A DNA stretch of 51,601 bases from the sequence record DRR723986_17763. One strand, 5' to 3'. This document shows, in pieces, positions 1 through 9,637 of the stretch (the first letter of the stretch is position 1; every line of letters begins with the position of its first letter). Under the pieces are notes generated by a model. That model did not search any database and was not told the origin of the DNA. It saw only the letters and a program-made list of their open reading frames with translations. A program made the translations under genes and the position numbers.

Positions 1-78
1 GGTCATCCGTCTTCGGTCTTCCAGCCTGATAAGCAAAGGTTTTAAGGCAACAGCAATCTCTTCTGATAACTACCTCCA

Positions 79-876
79 CTATTTGTGTGGAATGGTCGTC
101 GCGTCCTTTGGAATGTTTCTTCCAATCATCGGGAATTGCTCCAAATCAACAACTTGACCGCTGATCGGTCCGCTTTCATCGGAAAGCCAATAAATACATG
201 CCGCTGCGATTTCTTCAGGCCAGATAATTCTTCCTGCAGGAGCGTACATTTTAGATAATTCTTTGTACCAAGTATCCGAAAGTCCATGTTCTTTTTTCCG
301 CTCAATTTCCTTTTCGGTAAGCACCCAGCCTGGATTTATCTGATTAACTCGTACACCATTTTCCCTGAAAAGAGAATCCCCCAAATTCCTGGTCATGGTC
401 ATTATTGCGCCTTTAGTAATGCTGTATGCCAATAGATTGTGCTCACCGCTCCATGCATTGATCGACCCAATATTCAAAACGGCACCATGACTTTCAATCA
501 AATGAGGCAAAGCGGATTTGATAAGAAATAATGGGGCGTAAGTATTTACCTCCATTAGTTTGTTTAAAAATGCTTTATCAGTAGTGTGAATATCTGATGC
601 TGCCACGATTGCAGCATTATTAACTATGCTGTCAATTCTTCCCCAAGTGCTAATCGCCAAGTCAACCAGTCTTTGCGTAGCTCCTTCATTAGACAGATCT
701 TCTATATGCAGTTTTGCGTTTTCAGCTCCGAGTTCAGATACTGCCTGAATGGCCAGATCCTCTTCCAAGCCATGAATGATCACTTTTGCCCCTTCTGATA
801 CCACCTTTTTGGCAATGGCTTTGCCAATTCCCATCGTGCTCCCAGTGACGATGATCACTTTGTCTTTTAATCTCAT
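79..876 (-). CDS. SDR family NAD(P)-dependent oxidoreductase
   Basis: TGSTMGIG Rossmann motif, NNAA, YSITK catalytic motif, NQINPG. Confidence 0.9.
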   Translation of the reverse strand: MRLKDKVIIVTGSTMGIGKAIAKKVVSEGAKVIIHGLEEDLAIQAVSELGAENAKLHIEDLSNEGATQRLVDLAISTWGRIDSIVNNAAIVAASDIHTTDKAFLNKLMEVNTYAPLFLIKSALPHLIESHGAVLNIGSINAWSGEHNLLAYSITKGAIMTMTRNLGDSLFRENGVRVNQINPGWVLTEKEIERKKEHGLSDTWYKELSKMYAPAGRIIWPEEIAAACIYWLSDESGPISGQVVDLEQFPMIGRNIPKDATTIPHK

Positions 877-877
877 C

Positions 878-1915
878 TTAAACAGGTTTTAATACACTTT
901 TTACTACTTCTCCACTATGCATTTTCTCAAAGGCTTCATGCCATTCTATTATCGGCCAAACTCCTCCTATGATTGGTTTTACATCTAATGTTCCACTGGA
1001 AAGTAAGCCAATAACTTTTTCCCAAATCGGCCAATTATGGCTGAAGCTTCCTTGCAGGCGCACATTTTTCTGTACTAATGGATCTAAAGAAAAATTGAAA
1101 GGGCTTGGCCCCCAGCCTACTTTGGTGATTTGCCCATTTGGGCGAACAAGATCCATGGCGATTTTCAAAGTGGCGCTGATTCCTGCTGCATCAATAATCA
1201 GATCAGCTCCCAACCCATCTGTTTTTCTTGCCCATTCTGAAGCATCGTTGATGATGGGAGTGACCCCATAGCTTTTTGCTATTTCCAGTCTACCTCGGTC
1301 CTTTTCCAAACCTAAAATGGCCACATCTCCACCGCAAATTTTTGCCACAGCAGCGCAAAGAATCCCGATAGTTCCGGGGCCGATAACGAGTACTCGATCT
1401 CCTGGTTTGATATGGGAATTGACCGCAACAGCGTTGTAGGCCACCGAGCATGGTTCGGTGAGGCATGCTTCCTCAAAGGAAAGACCTTCTGGAACACGGT
1501 GGAGGCAACGGGCGGGAACTCGCACGAATCGTGTCATGGCTCCATTTACTCCGTAGCCAAATCCTTTTCTGGTTGGATCAAGATTATATAAGCCAGTTTT
1601 GCTCATGGGATTCTGTGGGTCGATGACTGCTGCCGTTTCACTGACTACCCGATCCCCGATCTTCCAACCAGTCACCCGATCTCCAACCTCTGCTATTTTT
1701 CCTCCAAATTCATGACCTAAAACAACCGGATAATTAACGGGCCAGCTATGATCTGAAGTCCACTGATGCAGATCGCTTCCGCAAACACCCACATTTTCTA
1801 CTTCCAATAAAATGTCCTCATCTCCAATTTCCGGGACAGGAATTTCTCTGATTTCTACTGAGCCTTTTTTTTCTGAAAAATTAACTACGGCGGCTGATTT
1901 ACCTAGTATTGACAT
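878..1915 (-). CDS. Zinc-binding (MDR) dehydrogenase, sorbitol/threonine dehydrogenase-like
   Basis: CGSDLH and GHE catalytic Zn motifs, TEPCSVA, GPGTIG nucleotide-binding motif. Confidence 0.88.
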   Translation of the reverse strand: MSILGKSAAVVNFSEKKGSVEIREIPVPEIGDEDILLEVENVGVCGSDLHQWTSDHSWPVNYPVVLGHEFGGKIAEVGDRVTGWKIGDRVVSETAAVIDPQNPMSKTGLYNLDPTRKGFGYGVNGAMTRFVRVPARCLHRVPEGLSFEEACLTEPCSVAYNAVAVNSHIKPGDRVLVIGPGTIGILCAAVAKICGGDVAILGLEKDRGRLEIAKSYGVTPIINDASEWARKTDGLGADLIIDAAGISATLKIAMDLVRPNGQITKVGWGPSPFNFSLDPLVQKNVRLQGSFSHNWPIWEKVIGLLSSGTLDVKPIIGGVWPIIEWHEAFEKMHSGEVVKSVLKPV

Positions 1916-1927
1916 GAAATGGTAGGT

Positions 1928-2626
1928 TTAAAAGTTACTGATCGTTTGAGAATGTATAGCTGCGCAGATTTTCCTAAGAGAGGCTTCAAGATCACCATCA
2001 GCAGTTTTGAATGCGTCAGCATCTATTGTCAGTGGTGCACCTAGGACTACAAGTGGCGCTCCATATTGTGGACATTGAATGGCTTGTTCAAGCGAAAGTC
2101 CACCCACTGCCTGCACTGGCACTTTTACAGCTTTCACCACTTCACGTAATTGATCCAATGGACTTGGCATTCTGTGGCCCGCTGCGGCAATTCCTCTTCG
2201 CTCATCGTATCCAATATGATGGATCACAAAGTCACATCCCAAATCCTCTAAGAATCTTGCTCCTTCCACCATATCAGGGCAACCCAAGTTATCACCCATC
2301 ACTTTCACTCCATAATCTTTTCCTGCTTGCACCACACATTTGATGGTTTCCTTATGTGCTCTTGCCATCACCACTACATGGGTTGCTCCCGCTTTTGCCA
2401 TCATCTCTGCTTCCAGGTAGCCTCCGTCCATGGTTTTTAGGTCAGCGACGATTGGAACACCGGGGAAGGGTTCCCGCAATTTTCTCACTCCATGTAGTCC
2501 TTCGGCAAGGATCAAGGGAGTGCCGGCTTCAAGCCAATCTACCCCAGCTCGCATAGCCAAAGCGGCCGTTTCCAGCGCTTCATCAATGTCCGTCAGATCT
2601 AAAGAGATTTGTACTATAGGTTTCAT
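1928..2626 (-). CDS. OMP decarboxylase/HUMPS superfamily enzyme (3-hexulose-6-phosphate synthase / 3-keto-L-gulonate-6-P decarboxylase-like)
   Basis: QISLD, LEAGTPL, ADLKTMDGG (DxKxxD) motifs. Confidence 0.85.
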   Translation of the reverse strand: MKPIVQISLDLTDIDEALETAALAMRAGVDWLEAGTPLILAEGLHGVRKLREPFPGVPIVADLKTMDGGYLEAEMMAKAGATHVVVMARAHKETIKCVVQAGKDYGVKVMGDNLGCPDMVEGARFLEDLGCDFVIHHIGYDERRGIAAAGHRMPSPLDQLREVVKAVKVPVQAVGGLSLEQAIQCPQYGAPLVVLGAPLTIDADAFKTADGDLEASLRKICAAIHSQTISNF

Positions 2627-2804
2627 TTTGGGTTGGGTTACAAGTATTTCTATAAAAAAGGATCCTCTATAAATTTGAATGTGCTTAGATTTTTAAGATA
2701 AGGAAAATTGGAAAAGATACTTTCCTGATGTGGGATAAAAGGAAGATTATATTTTGAAGAAATGCATAACATTTGATTGGGGGTTTCTATCATGCATAAT
2801 GGAC

Positions 2805-2841
2805 AAAAAAAAGCTCCACCCGAATATCAGATGGAGCTTTT
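2805..2841 (-). terminator. Intrinsic terminator after PEGA-domain gene
   Basis: AAAAGCTCCA...TGGAGCTTTT stem with A8 tract (U-tract on minus strand). Confidence 0.75.
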
Positions 2842-2860
2842 AAGCCAATGGAAAAGAGAC

Positions 2861-4198
2861 TTATTGCTGAAGTCTCGCTTGAACTTCTTCGATCAGCCCT
2901 TCATATTTCTTAAGAATTCTCGCCCAGTCCTCGAATTTCTCATCGTCTTTCACAGTCACTTGATTTTGACCATCTAGGTATGCTTCCTGACTGATCAATT
3001 TGATTGCATAGGCTAATTGATCGGAATTTCCTCCGCTACTAACGATTACTCTGGTACGGATAATACTGGACTGAAAGTTCTGTACCTGCCAAGAAGTAGT
3101 CAAATATCCCGTGTTGAAATCAACTGTTTCCAGGATGTCAAAATATCTCGTAATGATAGAGCTCAGAATTCTCCAAGCTTCTTCAGAAGTATGAACTGTG
3201 TTGACTGGAACTGTAATTCTTACATTGGCCAAATCTGATGAAACTGAAGAAGTATAGGCTTCATCTACATTCATTTCTATAAAGTCAGTAACTGGTGGCT
3301 CCTGCATGTTTGCCTGATTGTAATAGTTCTTCACATAGCGGACGTAGCCATCCTTTTTTACCCGGATTTCTACATTTCCATTTTTAGGAACCTTCAAATC
3401 GTAACTGCCGGTGCCCACTGTTTTTCCTCCAATCTCAATGATTGCATCATTAGGGTTCGTGGTGATTTTAACCAATCGATCTTCTAATTGTGCTTTTTCT
3501 CTAACTGGAGGTTCTGGGTCTGTGTCAGGCTTGTTACAAAAAACTTTAGTGTACTCTACAAAGCCGTCCTTATTGACAGTGACAGTCACACAGTCGTTTA
3601 AAGGGATTTTTATGTCTTGATTTCCTCGGCCTACGCTGACCCCATTGGCTGTGACCACCCCATCTGCAGGTATCACTTCCAAGCGAACTTGTCTGTCTTT
3701 CAGTTCAAAATAATCCTTGGAAGGAGGGGTCTCACGATCCGGTGAGTTGTAATAACTTTTTGAGATTGGAGCAAAACCAGCTTTTCTTATCTCAACAGTA
3801 TGGAAACGATCTTTTTGTATGATAAGGTATATAGCCTTACTACCGATTACTCTACCATCCACAAGGATTTCGGCATCATATGGTTCAGCGGTGATTTCAA
3901 CTCTTCGGGCATCCAAAGACACGTATTGGTCTTTGTCCCATTTCAAGTCTCGGTTGTATTCCTTAATCACAGGCTCATAGCCTGGCTTGGTGATTTTGAT
4001 TCTGTTTCTACTATCTTTTTCAAGTTTGTATTCAATAGCTCCAGTTCCTAACTCTTGCTTATCAGAATCATCATAGTCATTGAGCAAAATGAATTTTGCA
4101 TCTGAATGATTGGCTGTGATTTGAAGTTTTTGAGAAAAGGAAAGGGAAGCAGAAAAAAGGAAAAGTAGGCTGAGTGTGAGTAAATTTTTATACTTCAT
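2861..4198 (-). CDS. Secreted PEGA-repeat protein
   Basis: Signal peptide; repeated ~70-aa beta units (ITAEPYDAEILVDG..KAGF; ITTNPNDAIIEIGG..KDGY). Confidence 0.75.
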   Translation of the reverse strand: MKYKNLLTLSLLFLFSASLSFSQKLQITANHSDAKFILLNDYDDSDKQELGTGAIEYKLEKDSRNRIKITKPGYEPVIKEYNRDLKWDKDQYVSLDARRVEITAEPYDAEILVDGRVIGSKAIYLIIQKDRFHTVEIRKAGFAPISKSYYNSPDRETPPSKDYFELKDRQVRLEVIPADGVVTANGVSVGRGNQDIKIPLNDCVTVTVNKDGFVEYTKVFCNKPDTDPEPPVREKAQLEDRLVKITTNPNDAIIEIGGKTVGTGSYDLKVPKNGNVEIRVKKDGYVRYVKNYYNQANMQEPPVTDFIEMNVDEAYTSSVSSDLANVRITVPVNTVHTSEEAWRILSSIITRYFDILETVDFNTGYLTTSWQVQNFQSSIIRTRVIVSSGGNSDQLAYAIKLISQEAYLDGQNQVTVKDDEKFEDWARILKKYEGLIEEVQARLQQ

Positions 4199-4291
4199 AA
4201 ATTGGTGGTTTGCGTTTAGCTTGCGCTAAATAATTCAAAATGAAGTATTAAAGCAATTAAAACACCAAGGAATTGTCCAATTTATCCACAC

Positions 4292-5362
4292 TTATCCCCA
4301 GTTTTTTCTGAGGAAATTTAACCAGTTTCCGTGCATTATTTTTTTGATATCCTGATTGGAATATCCTCTAATTGGCAGTGAATCAGTGAGTTTATTAAGG
4401 TCTTTTATGGTGGTAATATCTGCGGGGCATTGCTCAGTCCCAAAAGCGCCATCCAAATCTGAGCCAATTCCAATATGATTAGCATTACCTGCGATCTGAC
4501 AAATATGATCCATGTGATCTAGAACAGTATTTAAGGTCACATTTCTTTCTTGTGGAGTGGATTTTCCTCTTTCCCATCCCGGGCTCAGCATCCATGCATC
4601 CATGACCGCTCCGATCACAGCGCCACGATCTATCAATGCCTTAATCATTTCATCAGAAAACTGGCGATTGTGATCGACCAAGGCTCGGCAGTTATTATGA
4701 CTTGCCCACACAGGACCTTTGTAGATTTCCAGTGCTTGCCAAAAAGCCAAATCGCACAAATGAGTTGCATCCAGGATAATTCCCAGTTCATCCATTTTGC
4801 GCAACAATTCTTTTCCTTTTGAATTGAGAGGGGCGGAAGCATCTGTGCCGTGAGCATATCTACCAGGGCCATAATGTGCTGGTCCCAGAGCGCGAAGCCC
4901 ATATTCAAATGCTTTTTCCAAATAATCCAGATTCACAATAGAGTCAGCTCCTTCAAGGGAAAGAATGAATCCCACAGGTTTGCTGGAGCTGTCTTCATCA
5001 TTTTCCCAGAGGGCTAAATGTACATCTAAATCAACGAGATTTCTGATCTGCACCATCTCACCTTTTTCCACCATCGCCTGATACCAAGCTAATTGACCTT
5101 GGGTCTGAGCCCAAGCTTGCTCTGCGGAATGCCATCCAGGTAACGGATTTCCCGGTGCGACATAGCGTGCAATTTGTGTAGCGACGACCAACCCGATATT
5201 TCCTTCTCGAAGTGCTGGAAGAGAAACCACCGCATTTCCACGATCTGGCTTATCCTTTAGGCCCCTTTCCCTTGCATTGATCTCTGAAACTGGCAGCGTG
5301 AGGTCACGATTCCATTCCAGTGCATTCATACTCAGGTCGAGGTGGGCGTCGATTGTAAACAT
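4292..5362 (-). CDS. Membrane dipeptidase (peptidase M19 family)
   Basis: IDAHLD, LSLEGA, DATH, ASHNN, GIGSDLDG motifs. Confidence 0.9.
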   Translation of the reverse strand: MFTIDAHLDLSMNALEWNRDLTLPVSEINARERGLKDKPDRGNAVVSLPALREGNIGLVVATQIARYVAPGNPLPGWHSAEQAWAQTQGQLAWYQAMVEKGEMVQIRNLVDLDVHLALWENDEDSSSKPVGFILSLEGADSIVNLDYLEKAFEYGLRALGPAHYGPGRYAHGTDASAPLNSKGKELLRKMDELGIILDATHLCDLAFWQALEIYKGPVWASHNNCRALVDHNRQFSDEMIKALIDRGAVIGAVMDAWMLSPGWERGKSTPQERNVTLNTVLDHMDHICQIAGNANHIGIGSDLDGAFGTEQCPADITTIKDLNKLTDSLPIRGYSNQDIKKIMHGNWLNFLRKNWG

Positions 5363-5365
5363 TGA

Positions 5366-6076
5366 TCAGAAGCTTTGGAGCACGAAAACTGTGGGGATTT
5401 TATGTAGGTCTAGCGGAATTTGCCTCCACTCTTCAACGGTTTTGGTCAAGATCATTTCGTCCGATCCTGTGATATTTTTTGCGATGCAAAGCTTGGTTTG
5501 AGGAGCCAGGGTCTTCAGTAAATCTTCCAGCAATTGATTGTTGCGGAAAGGCGTTTCCATGAAGATTTGCGCTCTTCTTTCCCGAAGTGATTCAGCTTCT
5601 AGCTTCTTAATAGCAGCTGCTTTTTCTTTTTTATCAATGGGCAAATAGCCGTGAAAAGCGAAGGACTGACCGGAAAAACCGGATCCCATCAGGGCCATAA
5701 ACATGGAGCTAGGGCCAGAAAGAGGAACGACTTGAATCCCTTTTTTATGCGCATGTTCCACAGCCAAAGCACCCGGATCTGCGATTCCAGGACATCCAGC
5801 TTCAGAAATAATTCCTATATCAGCACCATTAATGAGTGGTTGCATGAGTCGATTGATAAACTCTGGAGAGGTTCCCTTGTCCAAAATTTCCATGTGGACA
5901 TGATCCAAGTTTACCCCTAGTTTCAAACTGGAAATGTAGCGGCGTGCTGTCCGCATGTTTTCCACCAGATATACTTTGGTGTTTGCGATCACTTCTCTCA
6001 CCTGTGGAGTGATGACTGCATCTTGGGTATTGTCCGCGAGAACATTGGGTATGAGGAAGAGTTTTCCTTTGGGCAT
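5366..6076 (-). CDS. rsmI: RsmI-like SAM-dependent (tetrapyrrole-methylase fold) rRNA methyltransferase
   Basis: ISEAGCPGIADPG, VVPLSGPSS, FHGYLP, FMETPFRN motifs; may be the second RsmI paralog of Bacteroidota. Confidence 0.7.
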   Translation of the reverse strand: MPKGKLFLIPNVLADNTQDAVITPQVREVIANTKVYLVENMRTARRYISSLKLGVNLDHVHMEILDKGTSPEFINRLMQPLINGADIGIISEAGCPGIADPGALAVEHAHKKGIQVVPLSGPSSMFMALMGSGFSGQSFAFHGYLPIDKKEKAAAIKKLEAESLRERRAQIFMETPFRNNQLLEDLLKTLAPQTKLCIAKNITGSDEMILTKTVEEWRQIPLDLHKIPTVFVLQSF

Positions 6077-6175
6077 TTTAGATTTGTTGTTTAAAAAAGA
6101 ACGGAAATTTTGATGAAATCGAGTTGTGTAGGGTTAGAAACTTTTCTTATTCTTAAAACTGCTCTAAAATCAAGC

Positions 6176-6934
6176 CTATTTCAAAAACCTTCTGATTTCC
6201 TCTACTACCGCATCAGGCTGTTCGGCATGTAGCCAATGTCCCGCATCTGCGATAAATTCCACCTCATTGTTTGGAAAAAAAGCATCAATATCATCCAAGT
6301 CGGATTGTTGCACATAACTAGAATTGGATCCTGCGAGAAAAAGAGTTGGTCCAGAGTAGGTTTTACCTTCTGGCAAAGCCTTTCCTACTTCGTTGATATT
6401 CTCAGTGATTACCGGCAGATTGATTTTCCACATAAATCCATCCGAATCTCTGCCAAGACTTTTTAGTAGAAACTGGCGAACTCCAATTTCCGGGATATAT
6501 TTAGCCAATTCCTCATCCGCTTCTTTTCTGGATTGAATTTCCTTGAGGTCAAGTGAATTTAATCCCTCCAAAATGCTCTGATGATGCACGGCGTAATATC
6601 GAGGAGCTATATCTGCCACAATCAGCTTCTCAACTTTCTCAGGATATTTAAGCGCAAAATTCAGCACTGTTTTTCCTCCCATGGAATGGCCCATTAGGAA
6701 AGCTTTTTCCAGACCTTCCTTATCCATCAGCTCTTTTAGATCCTCCACCATGACATCGTAATTCCACTCATCCGACTGAGGAGAATCTCCGTGATTTCGC
6801 TGATCAATGAGGTAAAGGGTATAGTTATCCTTGAGTTCTTTGGAGATGCTGAACCAATTATCCGCCGAGCCAAAAAGTCCATGAAGTATGATTAATGGCT
6901 TTCCTGTGCCTAGTTTTTTGAAATTTAACTGCAT
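6176..6934 (-). CDS. Alpha/beta hydrolase, YbfF-like esterase
   Basis: HGLFGS, DQRNHG, GHSMGG, AGHWLHAE. Confidence 0.88.
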   Translation of the reverse strand: MQLNFKKLGTGKPLIILHGLFGSADNWFSISKELKDNYTLYLIDQRNHGDSPQSDEWNYDVMVEDLKELMDKEGLEKAFLMGHSMGGKTVLNFALKYPEKVEKLIVADIAPRYYAVHHQSILEGLNSLDLKEIQSRKEADEELAKYIPEIGVRQFLLKSLGRDSDGFMWKINLPVITENINEVGKALPEGKTYSGPTLFLAGSNSSYVQQSDLDDIDAFFPNNEVEFIADAGHWLHAEQPDAVVEEIRRFLK

Positions 6935-7038
6935 TTTAGATTTTCGATATGCGAATTACGATTTACGAGATCCTTTGAACCTCAAACCATCATTCCTGTT
7001 CTCTGACAATTTTTCAATTTTTAATCTTTCAATTAATA

Positions 7039-7755
7039 CTACAATTCCAACTTCCTTCTATACATCTGAATCGTATTTTCCAAGCCATAATAAAGCGCAT
7101 CGCAAACTAACGCATGGCCGATGGAAACTTCATCGAGATAAGGAATGCTTTGTTTCAAAAATGCCAGATTATGCAAATCAAGATCGTGCCCGGCATTCAG
7201 TCCAAGCCCAAGTGCTTGAGCGATTTCAGCTACTTCCACATAAGGTTTGACAGCTGCATCCCGATCTTTGTGATAGTTGGAAGCATAAGGCTCGGTGTAT
7301 AGCTCTACACGATCCGTGCCTGTGAGTTTAGCTGGTTCAAAATATTTGACTTCAGGATTAATGAAAATCGAAACACGAACGCCAGACTCGTGAAGTTCGG
7401 CGACGATATCCTTCAACATTCCCTGATTTGAAATCGTATCCCAACCGTTATTTGAGGTAATCGCCGTTGGTGGGTCAGGTACAAGCGTTGCTTGAGCAGG
7501 TTTCACCAGGCGCACCAGCTCCATAAATCGCTTATCCGGATAGCCTTCAATGTTGAATTCTGTTGTTACTACTTTCTCCAGGTCGAGTACATCCTGATAA
7601 CGAATGTGGCGCTCATCCGGCCGTGGATGGACGGTAATCCCTTGTGCGCCAAAGCGCTCTGCATCCAGTGCTACTTTCACTACATTGGGATTGTCAGCTC
7701 CGCGGGCGTTGCGAAGAGTGGCGATCTTGTTAATATTTACGCTTAGCTTGGTCAT
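7039..7755 (-). CDS. pdxJ: Pyridoxine 5'-phosphate synthase
   Basis: [40 protein letters not shown]; start moved to ATG at 7755. Confidence 0.96.
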   Translation of the reverse strand: MTKLSVNINKIATLRNARGADNPNVVKVALDAERFGAQGITVHPRPDERHIRYQDVLDLEKVVTTEFNIEGYPDKRFMELVRLVKPAQATLVPDPPTAITSNNGWDTISNQGMLKDIVAELHESGVRVSIFINPEVKYFEPAKLTGTDRVELYTEPYASNYHKDRDAAVKPYVEVAEIAQALGLGLNAGHDLDLHNLAFLKQSIPYLDEVSIGHALVCDALYYGLENTIQMYRRKLEL

Positions 7756-7817
7756 ATCCGAGTCGAAAAAGGTATTTTTGTCAGTATTATTAGAAGTGTA
7801 ACACAAACTTAGGACTA

Positions 7818-8270
7818 ATGAGTTTAAAGCAGAAAATAGAAAGTGAAATTAAATCAGCAATGATCGCAAAAGACAAAACCCGTTTGGGAGCTCTGAGATC
7901 TATCAAGTCGCTGATTCTTTTGGAAGAAACTAAAAGTGGAGCAAAAGCTGAAATCACTGAAGAGGACGAGTTGAAGTTATTGACCAAAGCTGCAAAACAG
8001 CGTAAGGATTCGGCAGATATCTACCAGCAACAAAACAGAGCTGATTTGTATGAGGTGGAAATGGCTGAGCTGGAAGTTCTGCAGGAATTTCTGCCAAAAG
8101 CACTTACTGACGAAGAAATCACTGCTGCTATTCAGGAGATTATCGCCCAAACCGGCGCTACAAGTCCAAAAGATATGGGTAAAGTGATGGGAGTTGCGAG
8201 CAAGCAATTGGCTGGAAAAGCTGATGGCAAAGTTATTTCTGAGAAAGTGAAAGCTATACTGAACAGCTAA
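7818..8270 (+). CDS. GatB/YqeY domain protein
   Basis: [29 protein letters not shown]. Confidence 0.92.
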   Translation: MSLKQKIESEIKSAMIAKDKTRLGALRSIKSLILLEETKSGAKAEITEEDELKLLTKAAKQRKDSADIYQQQNRADLYEVEMAELEVLQEFLPKALTDEEITAAIQEIIAQTGATSPKDMGKVMGVASKQLAGKADGKVISEKVKAILNS

Positions 8271-8271
8271 G

Positions 8272-8817
8272 TTGAGCATCATAGATATCATCATAGTAGT
8301 CATTCTTGGTCTAGGAGCCTATGAAGGATACCGAAGAGGTTTTCTTCTTGGGGTCTTAGGCCTTTTTGGCTTTGTGATCGCGATCATTTTGGGGCTTTAT
8401 TTTATGGATCCCATGAACGATTGGTTGGCAGAAAATGTCACTGAATTCAATCTTGGTTTTCCAATTTTTGGTTTTATAGTCGTTTTCGTTCTTACGCTGT
8501 TATTTATAAAAGTAGCTGGCTGGATATTGAAGCAAGTGATGGATATGGTCCTTCTTGGACCCTTGGACGCTATAGTTGGGGCTGTTTTTGGAGTGGTGAA
8601 AGCAGCGTTTTTTATCAGTTTATTCTTCTGGCAAGCCAGTCTTTTCAAATTGGAGATGCCTAAGAAGTGGACGAAGGATTCCGAAATGCTGTATTTTATA
8701 GAGCCTATAGCGCCAGGAATTGTTGCTGCAGTTGAGCCGTTTTTCCCAAGCATAGAAGAAAGTTTGAAGAAGCTGGATGAGGTAGTGGAGGAAATCAAAG
8801 ATGCTACTACTGATTGA
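8272..8817 (+). CDS. cvpA: CvpA (colicin V production) family membrane protein
   Basis: IIDIII..GYRRGF N-terminus, LD.IVGAVFG, four TM segments; TTG start. Confidence 0.8.
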   Translation: MSIIDIIIVVILGLGAYEGYRRGFLLGVLGLFGFVIAIILGLYFMDPMNDWLAENVTEFNLGFPIFGFIVVFVLTLLFIKVAGWILKQVMDMVLLGPLDAIVGAVFGVVKAAFFISLFFWQASLFKLEMPKKWTKDSEMLYFIEPIAPGIVAAVEPFFPSIEESLKKLDEVVEEIKDATTD

Positions 8818-9373
8818 TAATTTTGATTCCTTTAGCCACATGTTGGCTGATTTGCTAAGGCAGACCGGGGAGCAATTACTAGTTCTTCGCAATGAGGTCA
8901 CACTGGAGGAAATCAAAAAGCTGAACTTTGACGGATTAATTTTATCTCCTGGCCCAGGGATTCCGCAAAATGCTGGAAATCTAACTAAAATCTTTGCTGA
9001 ATATTACGATAAAGTTCCAGTGCTGGGTGTTTGCCTGGGGCATCAGGCAATCGGGGAATTTTTTGGAGCAAACCTGAAAAAGAATACTGTTCCCACTCAT
9101 GGGAAAGTCCATCAAGTCAGAAAGACGAAAGCTCATCCATTCACGACAAGCATACCTGAATCTTTTAAAGTAACCCGTTACCATTCCTTACAATTAGCCA
9201 ATTTGCCAGAGGAACTCGAAGTGCTATTGGAAACTGAATCAGGAGAAATAATGGGCATGGCGCATAAAAGTTTACCGATTCTTGGGATTCAATATCACCC
9301 TGAAGCGCACCTGACTCAATATGGTTTGGAGTTGGTGAAAAACTGGGTGGAGCTACGAAAAATTGATAGATAA
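8801..9373 (+). CDS. Anthranilate/aminodeoxychorismate synthase component II (class I glutamine amidotransferase, TrpG/PabA)
   Basis: IDNFDSF, LSPGPG, GVCLGHQ, RYHSL, QYHPE. Confidence 0.92.
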   Translation: MLLLIDNFDSFSHMLADLLRQTGEQLLVLRNEVTLEEIKKLNFDGLILSPGPGIPQNAGNLTKIFAEYYDKVPVLGVCLGHQAIGEFFGANLKKNTVPTHGKVHQVRKTKAHPFTTSIPESFKVTRYHSLQLANLPEELEVLLETESGEIMGMAHKSLPILGIQYHPEAHLTQYGLELVKNWVELRKIDR

Positions 9374-9459
9374 GAAAGTGCATCTAGCTAAACCCTTAAC
9401 GGGTTAATCTTTAGAAAATTGAACAGTCGCATTTGATTTAAGTTCTTGCAATGGCGAAC

Positions 9460-9488
9460 CCTTGAAGGGTTTTGGATATCCTTTGAGG
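9460..9488. repeat. REP-like hairpin (CCTT..AGG family)
   Basis: CCTTGAAGGGT-N7-ATCCTTTGAGG; resembles hairpins at 10380 and 29491. Confidence 0.45.
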
Positions 9489-9527
9489 AGCTTTGAAAAA
9501 TCAATTATTCAACTCCTGCGAAATTCT

Positions 9528-9535
9528 TACCTTTG
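9528..9535 (+). promoter_or_regulatory. Bacteroidota -7 promoter element for rluA-family gene
   Basis: TACCTTTG matches TAnnTTTG. Confidence 0.6.
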
Positions 9536-9544
9536 TACCTGATT

Positions 9545-9622
9545 ATGAAATCGAGCAATATTCTTAAAGTGACAAAGAGAAATGCTTAAATGCCCTGCGA
9601 GATTCCATCTGACAATTGAAAA
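9545..9622 (-). ncRNA. Structured repeated element, copy 1 (candidate ncRNA; compare with Flavo-1 motif)
   Basis: Minus strand reads GTCAGATGGAATCTCGCAG...TTGCTCGATTTCAT; same arms as copies at 43614-43781. Confidence 0.6.
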
Positions 9623-9637
9623 ACAATTATTAAACAG

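Noticed and set aside
6941-7035. Short degenerate heptamer runs (TACGATT, TTTTCAA)
   Set aside because: Only 2-3 degenerate units; low-complexity intergenic sequence with no supportable function
9545-9589. 14-codon uORF MKSSNILKVTKRNA as a leader peptide
   Set aside because: Its ATG is part of the conserved stem; peptides from the other copies diverge after MKSS and there are no regulatory codon runs
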